A DNA stretch of 64,000 nt from Schmidtea polychroa. Its lineage: Eukaryota. The stretch covers positions 80,578,397 to 80,642,396 of the forward strand of contig CM097887.1 of the NCBI GenBank assembly GCA_044892525.1, given 5' to 3'. The notes under the pieces were generated by a model. It saw only the letters and a program-made list of their open reading frames with translations, searched no databases and was not told the origin of the DNA. A program made the translations under genes and the position numbers. Positions 11,438 through 22,174 of the stretch are shown one piece after another. Numbering within the stretch: the first letter of the stretch is position 1; each line of letters starts with the position of its first letter.

Positions 11438-13366
11438 ATGACGAATGTGGTAAAAACCGACGAATATAAAGAAAAATTTAGAGGCGAACCATTCAACGGG
11501 AATGCGAACAAGTTGGCAACGTTCATAACAAATTTTGAAGTCTATGTCGATGTGTGTAGATGGACATCAGAAGCAATTAGCAAACGGATGCCGTTGTTTT
11601 TATGTGATAGCGCATTAGAAGTGTATCTAGAAGCAAAAGAAAGAAATACGAAGTTAGACAATTGGGAAAGCATCAAAACATTTTTGAGAAAAACATTCGG
11701 AGCCAGCAAACCAATAAATCAAGCCCTAGGAGAATTAGCGAGTAGAAAACAAAGAGCAAATGAATCCATAACGTTGTATGCGAGTGAATTGCGAAGATTG
11801 GCAAAGAAGGCCATGAACGGAAACTTGCCGGAGGAAAATTTAATTGGTTATTTCATAGAAGGACTGCGCCGAGAAGAGGTAAGGGCCTCGGTGGGATGTC
11901 AAATGTGTAAAACACTAGAGGAAGCCATAGATTGGGCCACGAGATGCGAACTCCACCTCCCGGCACTAATGAATGTCATGCAAGAGGAAGGAAGAATCGC
12001 AACAGCAACGGTAAAAACTGAAAATGGAGAGAACAGCAATCATGAACCAAAAATGAATCAGTTTATACCCGGTGCGCATCAAATTTTCAAACCACCGCAA
12101 GGACGATCAAATGGGAATAACAGTGAACGCAACAACCCGAACAATGGGAATAATTTTAATAATCGACGAAACACGAACGATAACAAACAATGCCGAACAT
12201 GCGGTAAACCAGGACATTGGGATAGAGATTGTTACCGAAACGCAAATTGCAATAGGTGTGGACGACGGGGACACACGGAAAATATATGCCAATTGAGAGG
12301 ATGTTTTAATTGCGGTCAACCAGGTCATATCTCAAGAGACTGTCGAGAAAGGAGCCAACAACAACGACCACCACAGCGAAATAATAACTATGCACCAAAT
12401 CCGCAACGACAAAGTAATCCTAGTGAGGGAAAGCAAATGAATGTGATGCAAGAAATTTCACAAATGAAGCAGATGATGCAACAAATGATGAGACCGAGAC
12501 AAGAGCAAGTACCACAACAAACCCAGAATATACGCATGATGAGGAGCACCGAGAATCTTAACAATTATGAAGTGCAACAACATGCACAAGAATGGCAAAG
12601 ACTACAAGCTGAAGAAGAGAGGATAAAAAGAGAGCGAATTCAGCAGCGACAAGAACAACCATTACGAATAAATATGATGAGAATGGTAAGGGAGATAAAA
12701 GAGCAATATTGTTACAATTACGGTAAAAATCCAAGAGTTGTACCTATGAGCGAACCAGAGAAACCGAAAGAAACAATTCCAGCAGCAAAAAAGGAAAATT
12801 CAACAACATCGCTAAAAGGAAATCAGAGAATTCAGAAAATATTTTGGAAAAAGATAAAAGATAAAATCGAAAGAGAAAATGAGAAAACAAAAACAGAAGC
12901 AGAAGCGGAAAATAACGAAAAGGAAAAACAGATTAATCATCTAAATCATGATATGATACGAGGATTAGACTCAGAGGAGCTAACGATACTCGAGAACAAA
13001 AAATTAAAGAAAGTACCAAGAATGAGAAATTTACGAATTAATATGATAAGGACAACAAAGAAGGTGTTGTCAACAGATGACGATGAGGATTATGTGAGTA
13101 GCCTTGGTGGAGAAATGTTACAGTTAAATGAAAATATCGACCAACTAAGAGAAAAGATCGGAGCAGATGAGGATGAAAGTGAAAGCGACGTAACAAGCGA
13201 AAGCGAAGACGAGAATATCGAAATGAAATTGAGAAAAGAAAGAGAAGAAGCAATAAAACAAGTAAAGGAAATACTTCCAGTGGTGGTAAGAAACCAGGAA
13301 TTCATTGACATCATACCATACAGACGCTTCACACAAAGGATAATGAAACTAGAAAGAAACGAATAA
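11438..13366 (+). CDS. gag: Gag: capsid-like domain, three CCHC zinc knuckles, Q-rich and acidic/coiled-coil tail
   Basis: FNGN...FITNFE, RKQRANESITLYASELRRLA...FIEGLR, and knuckles CRTCGKPGHWDRDC, CNRCGRRGHTENIC, CFNCGQPGHISRDC. Confidence 0.92.
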   Translation: MTNVVKTDEYKEKFRGEPFNGNANKLATFITNFEVYVDVCRWTSEAISKRMPLFLCDSALEVYLEAKERNTKLDNWESIKTFLRKTFGASKPINQALGELASRKQRANESITLYASELRRLAKKAMNGNLPEENLIGYFIEGLRREEVRASVGCQMCKTLEEAIDWATRCELHLPALMNVMQEEGRIATATVKTENGENSNHEPKMNQFIPGAHQIFKPPQGRSNGNNSERNNPNNGNNFNNRRNTNDNKQCRTCGKPGHWDRDCYRNANCNRCGRRGHTENICQLRGCFNCGQPGHISRDCRERSQQQRPPQRNNNYAPNPQRQSNPSEGKQMNVMQEISQMKQMMQQMMRPRQEQVPQQTQNIRMMRSTENLNNYEVQQHAQEWQRLQAEEERIKRERIQQRQEQPLRINMMRMVREIKEQYCYNYGKNPRVVPMSEPEKPKETIPAAKKENSTTSLKGNQRIQKIFWKKIKDKIERENEKTKTEAEAENNEKEKQINHLNHDMIRGLDSEELTILENKKLKKVPRMRNLRINMIRTTKKVLSTDDDEDYVSSLGGEMLQLNENIDQLREKIGADEDESESDVTSESEDENIEMKLRKEREEAIKQVKEILPVVVRNQEFIDIIPYRRFTQRIMKLERNE

Positions 13367-13408
13367 GATCTAATACCAAACGAGGAAAAAGCGATAATAA
13401 AGAAGTAT

Positions 13409-16400
13409 ATGGAAAAAATGAAACAAGCGGAGACAACACGCTATGTAATAAAAATCGGAACAAGCAAAGGACTCGAGAGAATATGGATAAAAAATGCAGT
13501 TACAGACGATCTTTTCGATTGGATAAGAGAACATTTGGGCAGCTCGAGAAAGAAAGAATACCTGTATCAATATCAAGGAGAACAAATCAAACCAGACATG
13601 CACCTAATAGATGCATTGATCTGGCCAGGAGAAACTCAAATATTGAAATTGCATAAAGAGAAGCAACCAGCAAATATTCACGAATGGGCTAAAGACGCCA
13701 AGGCCGAGTATGACTTTAACATCAAGCTGAAGCTGGAACAAATAAAACAATGCACCTTGCGACGAAATCTAGATAAACTAATCAAACAAATTCAAGAACA
13801 AATCGAAGATAACTGGGATTTACTCATAGCAAGACGAACTCCAGACATGCATGAACTAATGAGCCGATTACGAGATACAGAATTGCTCAGGATGAGCGAT
13901 TGGAGAACCATAAATTTGATCCACAAATACGGAAGATTAAAAGAAACGCAACCGCAGAAATTAGAAATAACCATATGGTTACCAAATGAGGAGAAACGAC
14001 GAATAAAGATGAGTAATCAGAGTACGGTGGATGACTTAGTAACCAAGATAAACCAAGAGATAACGGAAAAAGTACGAAGCGAGAGCAGCGACGGGATGAT
14101 AGATGATGTAGTCATGATGTACGATAAAATAATATTACGGGCCGAAGACGACACCTCGCTAAGCGAAATGGGAATGTGGGATAATCATCAAATCATCAGA
14201 ATATTGCCCATGGACGAATTCCGAACAAGAGATGTAACATACCAGAAAGAAATACGAGACAGGATGAAAACGCTATATCAAAAATCAGTAGAGATAATTG
14301 AAATTCATCAACAGTGGCTAAAAGAAAAAGAGCTTCAAGGAAAATTAAAGAAACTGAGTACCAGATCCTGCAGACGAACCCCATGGGAAAGGATGTGGAA
14401 TGCGGAAAACAAAGAATGGGAAATCAGGAAAGGGATTTTCGTAGAAACAGACATTGGTGAGATAGAAAGTGAATCAGAAGAAGAGGAAGATGAACCTCCA
14501 AAATACGAAGAGGACGAAATAAAATCGACATCGGACGACGAAAACGAAACGGATGTTACGTCAGAAAGTGAAACGGAAACCAGGCATATTCATGCGATGA
14601 GAAAGAAGGAACGCGAATACGCCGACATAGACGGGGAAGAGGCAAAAGAAGCGAGAGAACGAGAAGAGAAGGAAAGGTATAAACAATTAGGTGATATCTT
14701 AGCAATGGGAGCAAAAAATCAAAAACGTCAAGTAATAACATTGGCTAACATCATCCTAAAGACATCAGAGAATATCCACAATCTAAGAGAAATGGCGAAA
14801 GCGATTGAGGAATACCGACAATATAACGAATGGTACCCAGAACAGCTAGAACAAATTATTAGGAAATGGAGAAACCAAGAATGGGCACAAGATACCCAGG
14901 AAAGGTATCGTATCCGAGTCAAGTATCCCGACAAAAGCATTGAGGATATAGAAGTACATCCAACAACAAAGATCAGAGAGTTAAAAAAGAAATTAGCATA
15001 CGAAACTCCATTTCACCTACAACTATTCGGAAAATCGTTGGATGATAATGCAGATGTCGGAATAACACCCATGAGATTGGGGGAGATCAATGTATTGACA
15101 ATGGCAGAAACATTGGGAAAACCGATTAAAAGGAAGAGCAAATCCAGTAAACCTACGAAAGGTAGCTTGAGTACACCAAGCCCTAACAAAGTGGCGAGTA
15201 AATCGAATGAAACCGAGGAAATCGAGGAAATTATATTGGAAGACAGCGATGAAGGAGCGGGAGAAAGATCACCAATTCTGGTAAGATGGCCGACAGGAGC
15301 CGAAATATGGACAACGAGCCAACCATCAACTAGCTATCAACAACCACATAAACTGAACATAGAGGAAATTATCGATAATACAACAGGAACCGAAACCGAC
15401 GAACAATTCCAACGACAGAAAGGACCAACGAAAGCAACACCGGAAGGTCAAACGGACAAAATAATAGACGAATGGAACGAATGGCTGAGAAACAACGATA
15501 GCTCATTGCCAAGAACGGATAACGAGAGAAACCCGAATTATGAAAATACAAGGGAAGCCGGAACAATGATGGAGAAACGGGCAAAAGGGAGACCCAAGAA
15601 GCAAGGAGAAAAACCGGAATTTAAAACCAGAGAACAGTTGAAACAAGAACAAGGACAAGTCAGATTAGAGAAACTGGATAAAATAGTGTGGGATCTAAAA
15701 GAGACCCAGCCAACTATCGAAAGAGGCGAAAAATGGATACGAGAGCTAGTAAAAGATATGCTAATAATAACGAACCCACAATTGCGACGGTTATGGCAAC
15801 GAAAAGTAGCAAGCGTAGACGCCAGACAACTATGGAATACAATATCCGGAATAATTCCGAAATTAATCAAAGAGAAGACAAAAACCACTAAAACCGATTG
15901 GGAAGAGACAAGAAGAGTAATTGAACAATTAACTTTAAACGCAAACGACGACGAACATCATTTAGTAGTATTAACGTATCTAATGTACAATTTGATGGGA
16001 TTAGCAACAAGGAAAATACCTAACAAACAATTCGCAAATCATGTAGAAATGACCGTTACAATCATTGAAAATACAATCGAACCACATATTATCCGCGCCG
16101 GTGGGTGGAAAAGACTCATACAAGCGCCACGAAAAAACGAGCAAGAGAGATCAATGCAAATTCGGTTGAAGAAATTGCTAAACGAGCTGGAATGGGAATT
16201 GCCATTGAAAGACCCAGCCAGCAGAAAAGCGTCGATTAATTCACTAATGATGACCATGATGATATGGATGCTCTGCACCAGTGGAGCCACGGGATTTACT
16301 ATTTACGACTGTGACAATTCGATAATAGGAGAAAGATACTCCCTGAGAGATATAGAGGAATGTAGACAGGCATCTCCGAATAAATTAGATATAGTAAAAA

Positions 16401-19400
16401 AGAAAGTCTCCTATCACGTATACCAAGAATCAGATTTCATTAGAACGCAAGCTAGAGAATGCGTAGTATCGAAGAAAGTGTTGGCATACTACTGTGGACA
16501 ATACTCATATTCAACCCTCATATTACCGGGACTAGATAAAGAAATAGTACCTATACAACGGGAAGACTGTAAAGAACTTTTTAGAACCGGAGCGATGAGA
16601 ATCAGGGATGGAGTAACCATACACGGACAAAGCGGAATGATCAAGACGGAAAGTATCTATGTAGCCGGACGAGTAAAATCAACTGATGGATCATGTAACG
16701 GAGGCACATATACGATCAGAGGAGAAGTGATCTCGGGAGTAGTAGTAATTGAGTCTTACACAGTGGAGTTGAAGGAATACGAAGCACAATTCGACGCAAA
16801 CAACTATCAAATGAAAACCAACCCAGCATGCAGAGCTACGGAAAACGTGTGTAGAACGGGAATTTCGACTATAATATATGAAGCTAACACCCAAAAATGC
16901 CGACTCCAATTGTTAAAAAGTGCTCTATTCAATGAAGTAAAAGGAGAAATTTACGAAAACGAGGATGACGATGAAGAGAATGGAAACGTAAGGATGCGAA
17001 ATGGGAAACCAGTCCCGCCATCCCCCAAAGAAAAGAGACTCACAACCCAAAAAACACCAACGGCATTAATTACAGATGATCCAGACATCGGTATGAGATT
17101 CATTAGAGAAAAGGAGACCACCAAATGTGACAGCATAGTATATCGGACGAACTACGTAGGTATCTACATGTCAAGGCAAGTAATAGACCGAGCAGTGGGA
17201 AAGGTAGCAACAGAGGACGTAAAATTGTACCTGTACGCTAATAACAAAATGGACTTTTTATTTCATCGAGGACAAACGACAATGCAAAAAGTGTATTACG
17301 ATCTTATACAAAATGACTGTTCTTTGAATAAAGAGATACTAAAAACAAAATTAGCCATCGCAATAACACACCCAGATAACACAATGCCATCACTCCCGTT
17401 ACCGGATGGACATTTTGGTAGAATGGTGGGAGAGGTAATGTATACATATGCATGTACCAAGACATTTGCGCGACTGCCAAGAAAGCCCACAATTCCACCA
17501 GGGAAATGTGCAAACGAATTAGAAATTAGCTACAAAGGGCGGAACAGATTCGTTCAACCAGTCACTCGAATTATGAACCCAATTGGATTTTATCCGAACA
17601 CCTTTAACTGTTCAAATGCATACGGACCGTTATATGAAAAACCCGATGGGAAATGGATAATGTTACCGGTAAAAACCGAAGTACAAGAACCTAAAAAGTT
17701 TGGATTAATAGAACTCGCAACAGAACAAGATTTCAAACCAATTGATGTGTCAAAGGCTGGTATGTACTCACCAGAGGATTTAGAAACGGCACGATTAAAC
17801 GTATTATTCCCAGCAAGACGGGAATCCATTCTATCGAATATGGTTACCATAACTGGGGGAACGAATTTCCAGTCAGGCCCCAATTACGAACTATTATTGT
17901 CACCTGATCATTTTCAACAAGCCACGTCAAACATGATGAAAGCAATGTGGGGAAGATTTCTAGTGTTCGGTCAAATGATGGCAGGAATATTGGGAATCAT
18001 CTTAATTATTCAGATTGTCAGAGTGATATTGACTCAAATGTTAGCGTGTTTTGATATCTATAAGAGAGAAAAGAAAGTAAATTGGAAATTGATAGTAGGC
18101 TTTCTACCATTTTTGGCAAAAACAATGGTGTTGCACGGTCATTCTAAAGACATACATAGAATAAAACGATTGATCAAAATACTGACGAAAATAAAAGGAA
18201 CTGACGAGGAAGTCGGTAGACGATTTCGGAAAACAATGTATGATGAGGCAACGAGAGCGCAACTAAAAAGGAACAAACCAAAATTCCTGGACAGATTTAG
18301 AAATCGGTCAAACAGCAGCGATAGCGATGATGGCGACAACGGGAATGACAAATACCCATATCCAAGTAGAAACCCGAATGAAAAGCCAATAGAAACAGCG
18401 CCATATTGGGAGAAAGAAAAAACAAATACCTGGATAGCCAACGGAAGTTATATACCACCAGATATCGTTGGACAACAAACAGCTTTGACCATGACACAAA
18501 ATATGTATCCACAGTTACCAAGTCAACCAGGGATGAACTATATGCCGAACCGAAGAACGAAAAGCGTAGACCAAGCGGATGACGTAAGAACGATAGCAGT
18601 GATGAGTTCACCAGGAGGCGCGGCAGTAACAGTCATGATCCAAATCAACGGGAAAGAGACAAGCGCAATGATAGATACCGGAGCAAACGTATCAGCAATA
18701 GCAATAAACCAAATACCCAGTAAATGTTGGAAAGACATCGAACAAACAACTATCCATATCATCGCATGCAGTAAAGAAACCGTAGACGTAGTAGGAAGAT
18801 GGTGGACTACGTTAAGATATCAAGATAACGAAATTGAAACGTATCTAGCGGTGATACCCAAACTGAGTGAACCATGTATTATCGGAACGGATTTAATGCC
18901 AGAATTGTTCAAGGAAGTAGTAATCGATTTAACAACAATGTGTCTAAAGGACAAAACGGGTAGAATATGCAAGATGAACGCAATAATTAGATGTCCGGAG
19001 AAAATAATTGTACCCGCAAAATCACAAATGATATGTCAAATAAAAGTGGATGCAGGAATGGAAGGAGAAGCCATTTTTGAGCCAAGCAAATCATTCGAAA
19101 AACGACGAGAATTACCATTAGCAAGAGAAATAATAACAATAAATGAAGACGGGGAAATACCAATTAACATCACAAATTTCGAGGAAGAAGACAAGATCAT
19201 ATATGAAAATGAAAGATTGGGTAGATTGACACCCATGATAGACATCGAATTACCAAAAATCACCAACGAAACAACGAAAGCTGACGAATTATGGATAATT
19301 GACAGCACCCTGCTAACGGAAAAGGAAAAGGAAAGACTTCAACAATTATTGATAGAATATAAAGATATATTCGCAATTTCGGATTTAGATTTGGGAGCAT

Positions 19401-22174
19401 GCGATGTTACATTACACGCAATACCATTAATGGACGAAACTCCAATCGCACTACGTCCATACAAACTAGCCGAGAAGCAAAAAGAGATAGCCGAAGCAGA
19501 AGTACAAAAAATGCTAGATGCACAAGTTATCGAACCAAGTTGTTCGCCATGGCAATTTCCCGTAGTCATGGTGAAGAAAAAAGATGGTACTCAGAGATTC
19601 TGTATCGATTATCGGAAATTAAATGCAGTAACAAAAAGAGACACATACCCGTTACCAGACATCAATGAGATGTTACTTATGTTACAGGGGGCCGCATATT
19701 TTACATCTTTAGATCTGAAAAGCGGATATTGGCAGATCAAAGTCAAGGAGGAAGACAAAGAGAAAACAGCATTCACATTGGGTCGAGATCTATACCAATT
19801 CAGGAAAATGCCGTTCGGACTGACCAATGCCCCAGCATCATTCCAGAGATGTATGAATTTTGTCACACATGGGATCAAGCAGTGTATGGTATATATTGAT
19901 GATTTATTAATATATTCAGCAACGTTCGAACAACATTTGGAAGACATTAGAAACGTGTTCATCCGATTACGACAATGGAAATTGAAACTCAAACCATCCA
20001 AATGTGATTGGGCAAAAGAAAAAGTTACGTTCTTAGGACACATAGTGTCAGCAAAAGGCAAAGAACCAGATCCAAGAAACATAGAAAAAATAAAAACATG
20101 TCCAGCACCAAAAACTGTCACCCAAGTTCAAGAATTTCTCGGATTATGCGGATATTATCGAAAATTCATCAAAAACTATGCAGGTATTGCGAAACCAATA
20201 CAGGAATTAGTGAAAAAGGATATTTCATTTATTTGGGGTGCAGAACAACAAAAAGCATTTGAGACATTGCGAGATAAATTAATTGAAGCCCCAATACTAG
20301 TACATCCTGATTTCAAGAAACCGTTCTTATTAGCAACAGATGCAAGTGGATATGCAGCCGGAGCAATATTAGGACAACTAGATGAAGAAGGAAAAGAAAG
20401 AGTGATTGGATACTACAGCAGAACGTTTAAAAAGCATGAGAAAAACTATTCCGTAACCGAGAGAGAAGCGTTAGCAATTATACAAGCGATTAAAGATTTT
20501 CGATATTTGTTGTGGGGACACGAAATATGTATCACAACAGATCATCAACCACTAGTATGGCTTGGCCAACACAAAGAAGCTTCAAGTAGATTGATGCGAT
20601 GGGCAATGCAGTTACAAGAATATTCACCGTTCATAAAATTCAAAGCGGGAAGAGCGAATGCCAATGCGGATTGTATGTCCAGATTTATCTTTCCAGATTT
20701 AGTAGATCACGAAATGCAACGAATATGTCTGATGGTGGCAGAGGATTTGGATTTCTGCCAATTACGGAAAGACCAACAAGAGGATACAGAGTTGAAGCAA
20801 ATCATTGAATATGTGAAAACAGGGAAAGCAGAGGTATATGAGAAAGATCAAAAATTGAAGGAGCATATGGATAAACATCGACATCGATATATTATCGAGA
20901 AAGACTGGTTGTTGATAATGGATGGAGAAAAAAGACTGATGTGCATCCCCGAGAATAGACGTAAAGAGCTGCTAACACAATACCATGACGGAAGACTCGG
21001 AGGACATATGTCATCTAAAAAGACGTTGGCACGAATGAAACAAAAGTATTTTTGGCCTACATTGACCGAGGATGTAACGGAATGGGTGAAAAATTGCATA
21101 ACTTGCGCAACCAGAAAAAACACGGGAACCAAATGGAAGGCACCATTAAAGCCAATGCCAGTACCAGCAGAACCAATGACCATGATATCAATGGACGTGG
21201 TCGGTCCACTACCAGAATCAGATAGAGGAAATATATATATATTGGTAATCACAGATTATTTGACAAAATTCCCCGAAGCATTCGCAATGGCAGATCAGAA
21301 AGCAAGAACAATCGCGAAAATACTAGTAGAGGAGATATGCTGTCGATATGGAACACCAAAACAGATATTAACTGACCAAGGAACAAATTTCATGAGCGAA
21401 ATAATGAGCGAAGTCACTAACTACTTCAAGATCGCAAAATTAAGAACATCACCGTACCATCCACAAACTAATGGTATGACAGAAAGATTCAATGGAACAC
21501 TGATTCAAATGTTATCAAATTATGTCGACCGTCATCAACGCGACTGGGACGAGTATATAAAACTATGTTTAATGGCTTACAGAATGTCGATTCACGCGTC
21601 CACAAAGATGAGTCCGTTCAAGTTGATGTACGGCAGAGAATGCAATATGCCAATGGATTTGGAGTATCAGCCACCAATATCACAGTACATGGAAATAGAC
21701 GATTATGTAACCAAGTTCAAGGAAAGAATGCAGGAAATCTGGGAAACAGCAGGATTGAATATAAAATTTTATCAAGAAAGTTACAAAGATCTACATGATA
21801 GAAAGAAAAACGTCAAACAGCATACGTTTCAAACAGGCGATTGGGTGATGATCGAAACAGCAGAATTAGTTCCAGGAACCACCAAAAAATTACAACGAAA
21901 CGGTAAAGGTCCGTATGAGATCCTATTCATCGGAGAAACCAATGTAAGAGTACGATTGGTAAACAACCCCTTCACGAGGCCAATATATGTAAATGTGGCA
22001 CGATGTAAGCCAATACCGAAAACAGCCACCAGCCAGCCGGAAGGGCGAACATTAACAACAAGATCACAAACATATAGAATAAATATGTTACAGCAGATAA
22101 ACGAACCAACAGGTAACCGATTGGGGTTACAACCATCAGAAGCCGAGAAAATCATAAAGGAAGTGAAAGCTTAA
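13409..22174 (+). CDS. pol: 2921-aa polyprotein: ubiquitin-like domains, Bcl-2-like region, fusion glycoprotein, aspartic protease, RT, RNase H, integrase
   Basis: PR MIDTGANVS (~18670). RT LDLKSGYWQI, MPFGLTNAPASFQR, YIDDLLIYS. RH TDASG, EREALA, TDHQPL. IN HDGRLGGH...CITC, DVVGPL, TDQG, ERFNGTL, and a GPY motif. Confidence 0.95.
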   Translation: MEKMKQAETTRYVIKIGTSKGLERIWIKNAVTDDLFDWIREHLGSSRKKEYLYQYQGEQIKPDMHLIDALIWPGETQILKLHKEKQPANIHEWAKDAKAEYDFNIKLKLEQIKQCTLRRNLDKLIKQIQEQIEDNWDLLIARRTPDMHELMSRLRDTELLRMSDWRTINLIHKYGRLKETQPQKLEITIWLPNEEKRRIKMSNQSTVDDLVTKINQEITEKVRSESSDGMIDDVVMMYDKIILRAEDDTSLSEMGMWDNHQIIRILPMDEFRTRDVTYQKEIRDRMKTLYQKSVEIIEIHQQWLKEKELQGKLKKLSTRSCRRTPWERMWNAENKEWEIRKGIFVETDIGEIESESEEEEDEPPKYEEDEIKSTSDDENETDVTSESETETRHIHAMRKKEREYADIDGEEAKEAREREEKERYKQLGDILAMGAKNQKRQVITLANIILKTSENIHNLREMAKAIEEYRQYNEWYPEQLEQIIRKWRNQEWAQDTQERYRIRVKYPDKSIEDIEVHPTTKIRELKKKLAYETPFHLQLFGKSLDDNADVGITPMRLGEINVLTMAETLGKPIKRKSKSSKPTKGSLSTPSPNKVASKSNETEEIEEIILEDSDEGAGERSPILVRWPTGAEIWTTSQPSTSYQQPHKLNIEEIIDNTTGTETDEQFQRQKGPTKATPEGQTDKIIDEWNEWLRNNDSSLPRTDNERNPNYENTREAGTMMEKRAKGRPKKQGEKPEFKTREQLKQEQGQVRLEKLDKIVWDLKETQPTIERGEKWIRELVKDMLIITNPQLRRLWQRKVASVDARQLWNTISGIIPKLIKEKTKTTKTDWEETRRVIEQLTLNANDDEHHLVVLTYLMYNLMGLATRKIPNKQFANHVEMTVTIIENTIEPHIIRAGGWKRLIQAPRKNEQERSMQIRLKKLLNELEWELPLKDPASRKASINSLMMTMMIWMLCTSGATGFTIYDCDNSIIGERYSLRDIEECRQASPNKLDIVKKKVSYHVYQESDFIRTQARECVVSKKVLAYYCGQYSYSTLILPGLDKEIVPIQREDCKELFRTGAMRIRDGVTIHGQSGMIKTESIYVAGRVKSTDGSCNGGTYTIRGEVISGVVVIESYTVELKEYEAQFDANNYQMKTNPACRATENVCRTGISTIIYEANTQKCRLQLLKSALFNEVKGEIYENEDDDEENGNVRMRNGKPVPPSPKEKRLTTQKTPTALITDDPDIGMRFIREKETTKCDSIVYRTNYVGIYMSRQVIDRAVGKVATEDVKLYLYANNKMDFLFHRGQTTMQKVYYDLIQNDCSLNKEILKTKLAIAITHPDNTMPSLPLPDGHFGRMVGEVMYTYACTKTFARLPRKPTIPPGKCANELEISYKGRNRFVQPVTRIMNPIGFYPNTFNCSNAYGPLYEKPDGKWIMLPVKTEVQEPKKFGLIELATEQDFKPIDVSKAGMYSPEDLETARLNVLFPARRESILSNMVTITGGTNFQSGPNYELLLSPDHFQQATSNMMKAMWGRFLVFGQMMAGILGIILIIQIVRVILTQMLACFDIYKREKKVNWKLIVGFLPFLAKTMVLHGHSKDIHRIKRLIKILTKIKGTDEEVGRRFRKTMYDEATRAQLKRNKPKFLDRFRNRSNSSDSDDGDNGNDKYPYPSRNPNEKPIETAPYWEKEKTNTWIANGSYIPPDIVGQQTALTMTQNMYPQLPSQPGMNYMPNRRTKSVDQADDVRTIAVMSSPGGAAVTVMIQINGKETSAMIDTGANVSAIAINQIPSKCWKDIEQTTIHIIACSKETVDVVGRWWTTLRYQDNEIETYLAVIPKLSEPCIIGTDLMPELFKEVVIDLTTMCLKDKTGRICKMNAIIRCPEKIIVPAKSQMICQIKVDAGMEGEAIFEPSKSFEKRRELPLAREIITINEDGEIPINITNFEEEDKIIYENERLGRLTPMIDIELPKITNETTKADELWIIDSTLLTEKEKERLQQLLIEYKDIFAISDLDLGACDVTLHAIPLMDETPIALRPYKLAEKQKEIAEAEVQKMLDAQVIEPSCSPWQFPVVMVKKKDGTQRFCIDYRKLNAVTKRDTYPLPDINEMLLMLQGAAYFTSLDLKSGYWQIKVKEEDKEKTAFTLGRDLYQFRKMPFGLTNAPASFQRCMNFVTHGIKQCMVYIDDLLIYSATFEQHLEDIRNVFIRLRQWKLKLKPSKCDWAKEKVTFLGHIVSAKGKEPDPRNIEKIKTCPAPKTVTQVQEFLGLCGYYRKFIKNYAGIAKPIQELVKKDISFIWGAEQQKAFETLRDKLIEAPILVHPDFKKPFLLATDASGYAAGAILGQLDEEGKERVIGYYSRTFKKHEKNYSVTEREALAIIQAIKDFRYLLWGHEICITTDHQPLVWLGQHKEASSRLMRWAMQLQEYSPFIKFKAGRANANADCMSRFIFPDLVDHEMQRICLMVAEDLDFCQLRKDQQEDTELKQIIEYVKTGKAEVYEKDQKLKEHMDKHRHRYIIEKDWLLIMDGEKRLMCIPENRRKELLTQYHDGRLGGHMSSKKTLARMKQKYFWPTLTEDVTEWVKNCITCATRKNTGTKWKAPLKPMPVPAEPMTMISMDVVGPLPESDRGNIYILVITDYLTKFPEAFAMADQKARTIAKILVEEICCRYGTPKQILTDQGTNFMSEIMSEVTNYFKIAKLRTSPYHPQTNGMTERFNGTLIQMLSNYVDRHQRDWDEYIKLCLMAYRMSIHASTKMSPFKLMYGRECNMPMDLEYQPPISQYMEIDDYVTKFKERMQEIWETAGLNIKFYQESYKDLHDRKKNVKQHTFQTGDWVMIETAELVPGTTKKLQRNGKGPYEILFIGETNVRVRLVNNPFTRPIYVNVARCKPIPKTATSQPEGRTLTTRSQTYRINMLQQINEPTGNRLGLQPSEAEKIIKEVKA
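16241..18140 (+). other. env: Envelope/fusion glycoprotein domain of chuvirus (class III-like) type inside the pol ORF
   Basis: Internal signal peptide SLMMTMMIWMLCTSGATG, then FTIYDC...YSLRDIEEC, YYCGQYS, DGSCNG, NNKMDF...YYDLIQNDC.L.KEIL, GEVMYTYAC, C.NELEISY...FVQPVTRI, and the TM helix FLVFGQMMAGILGIILIIQIVRVIL. Cysteine and motif order follow chuvirus glycoproteins as I recall them. Confidence 0.85.
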
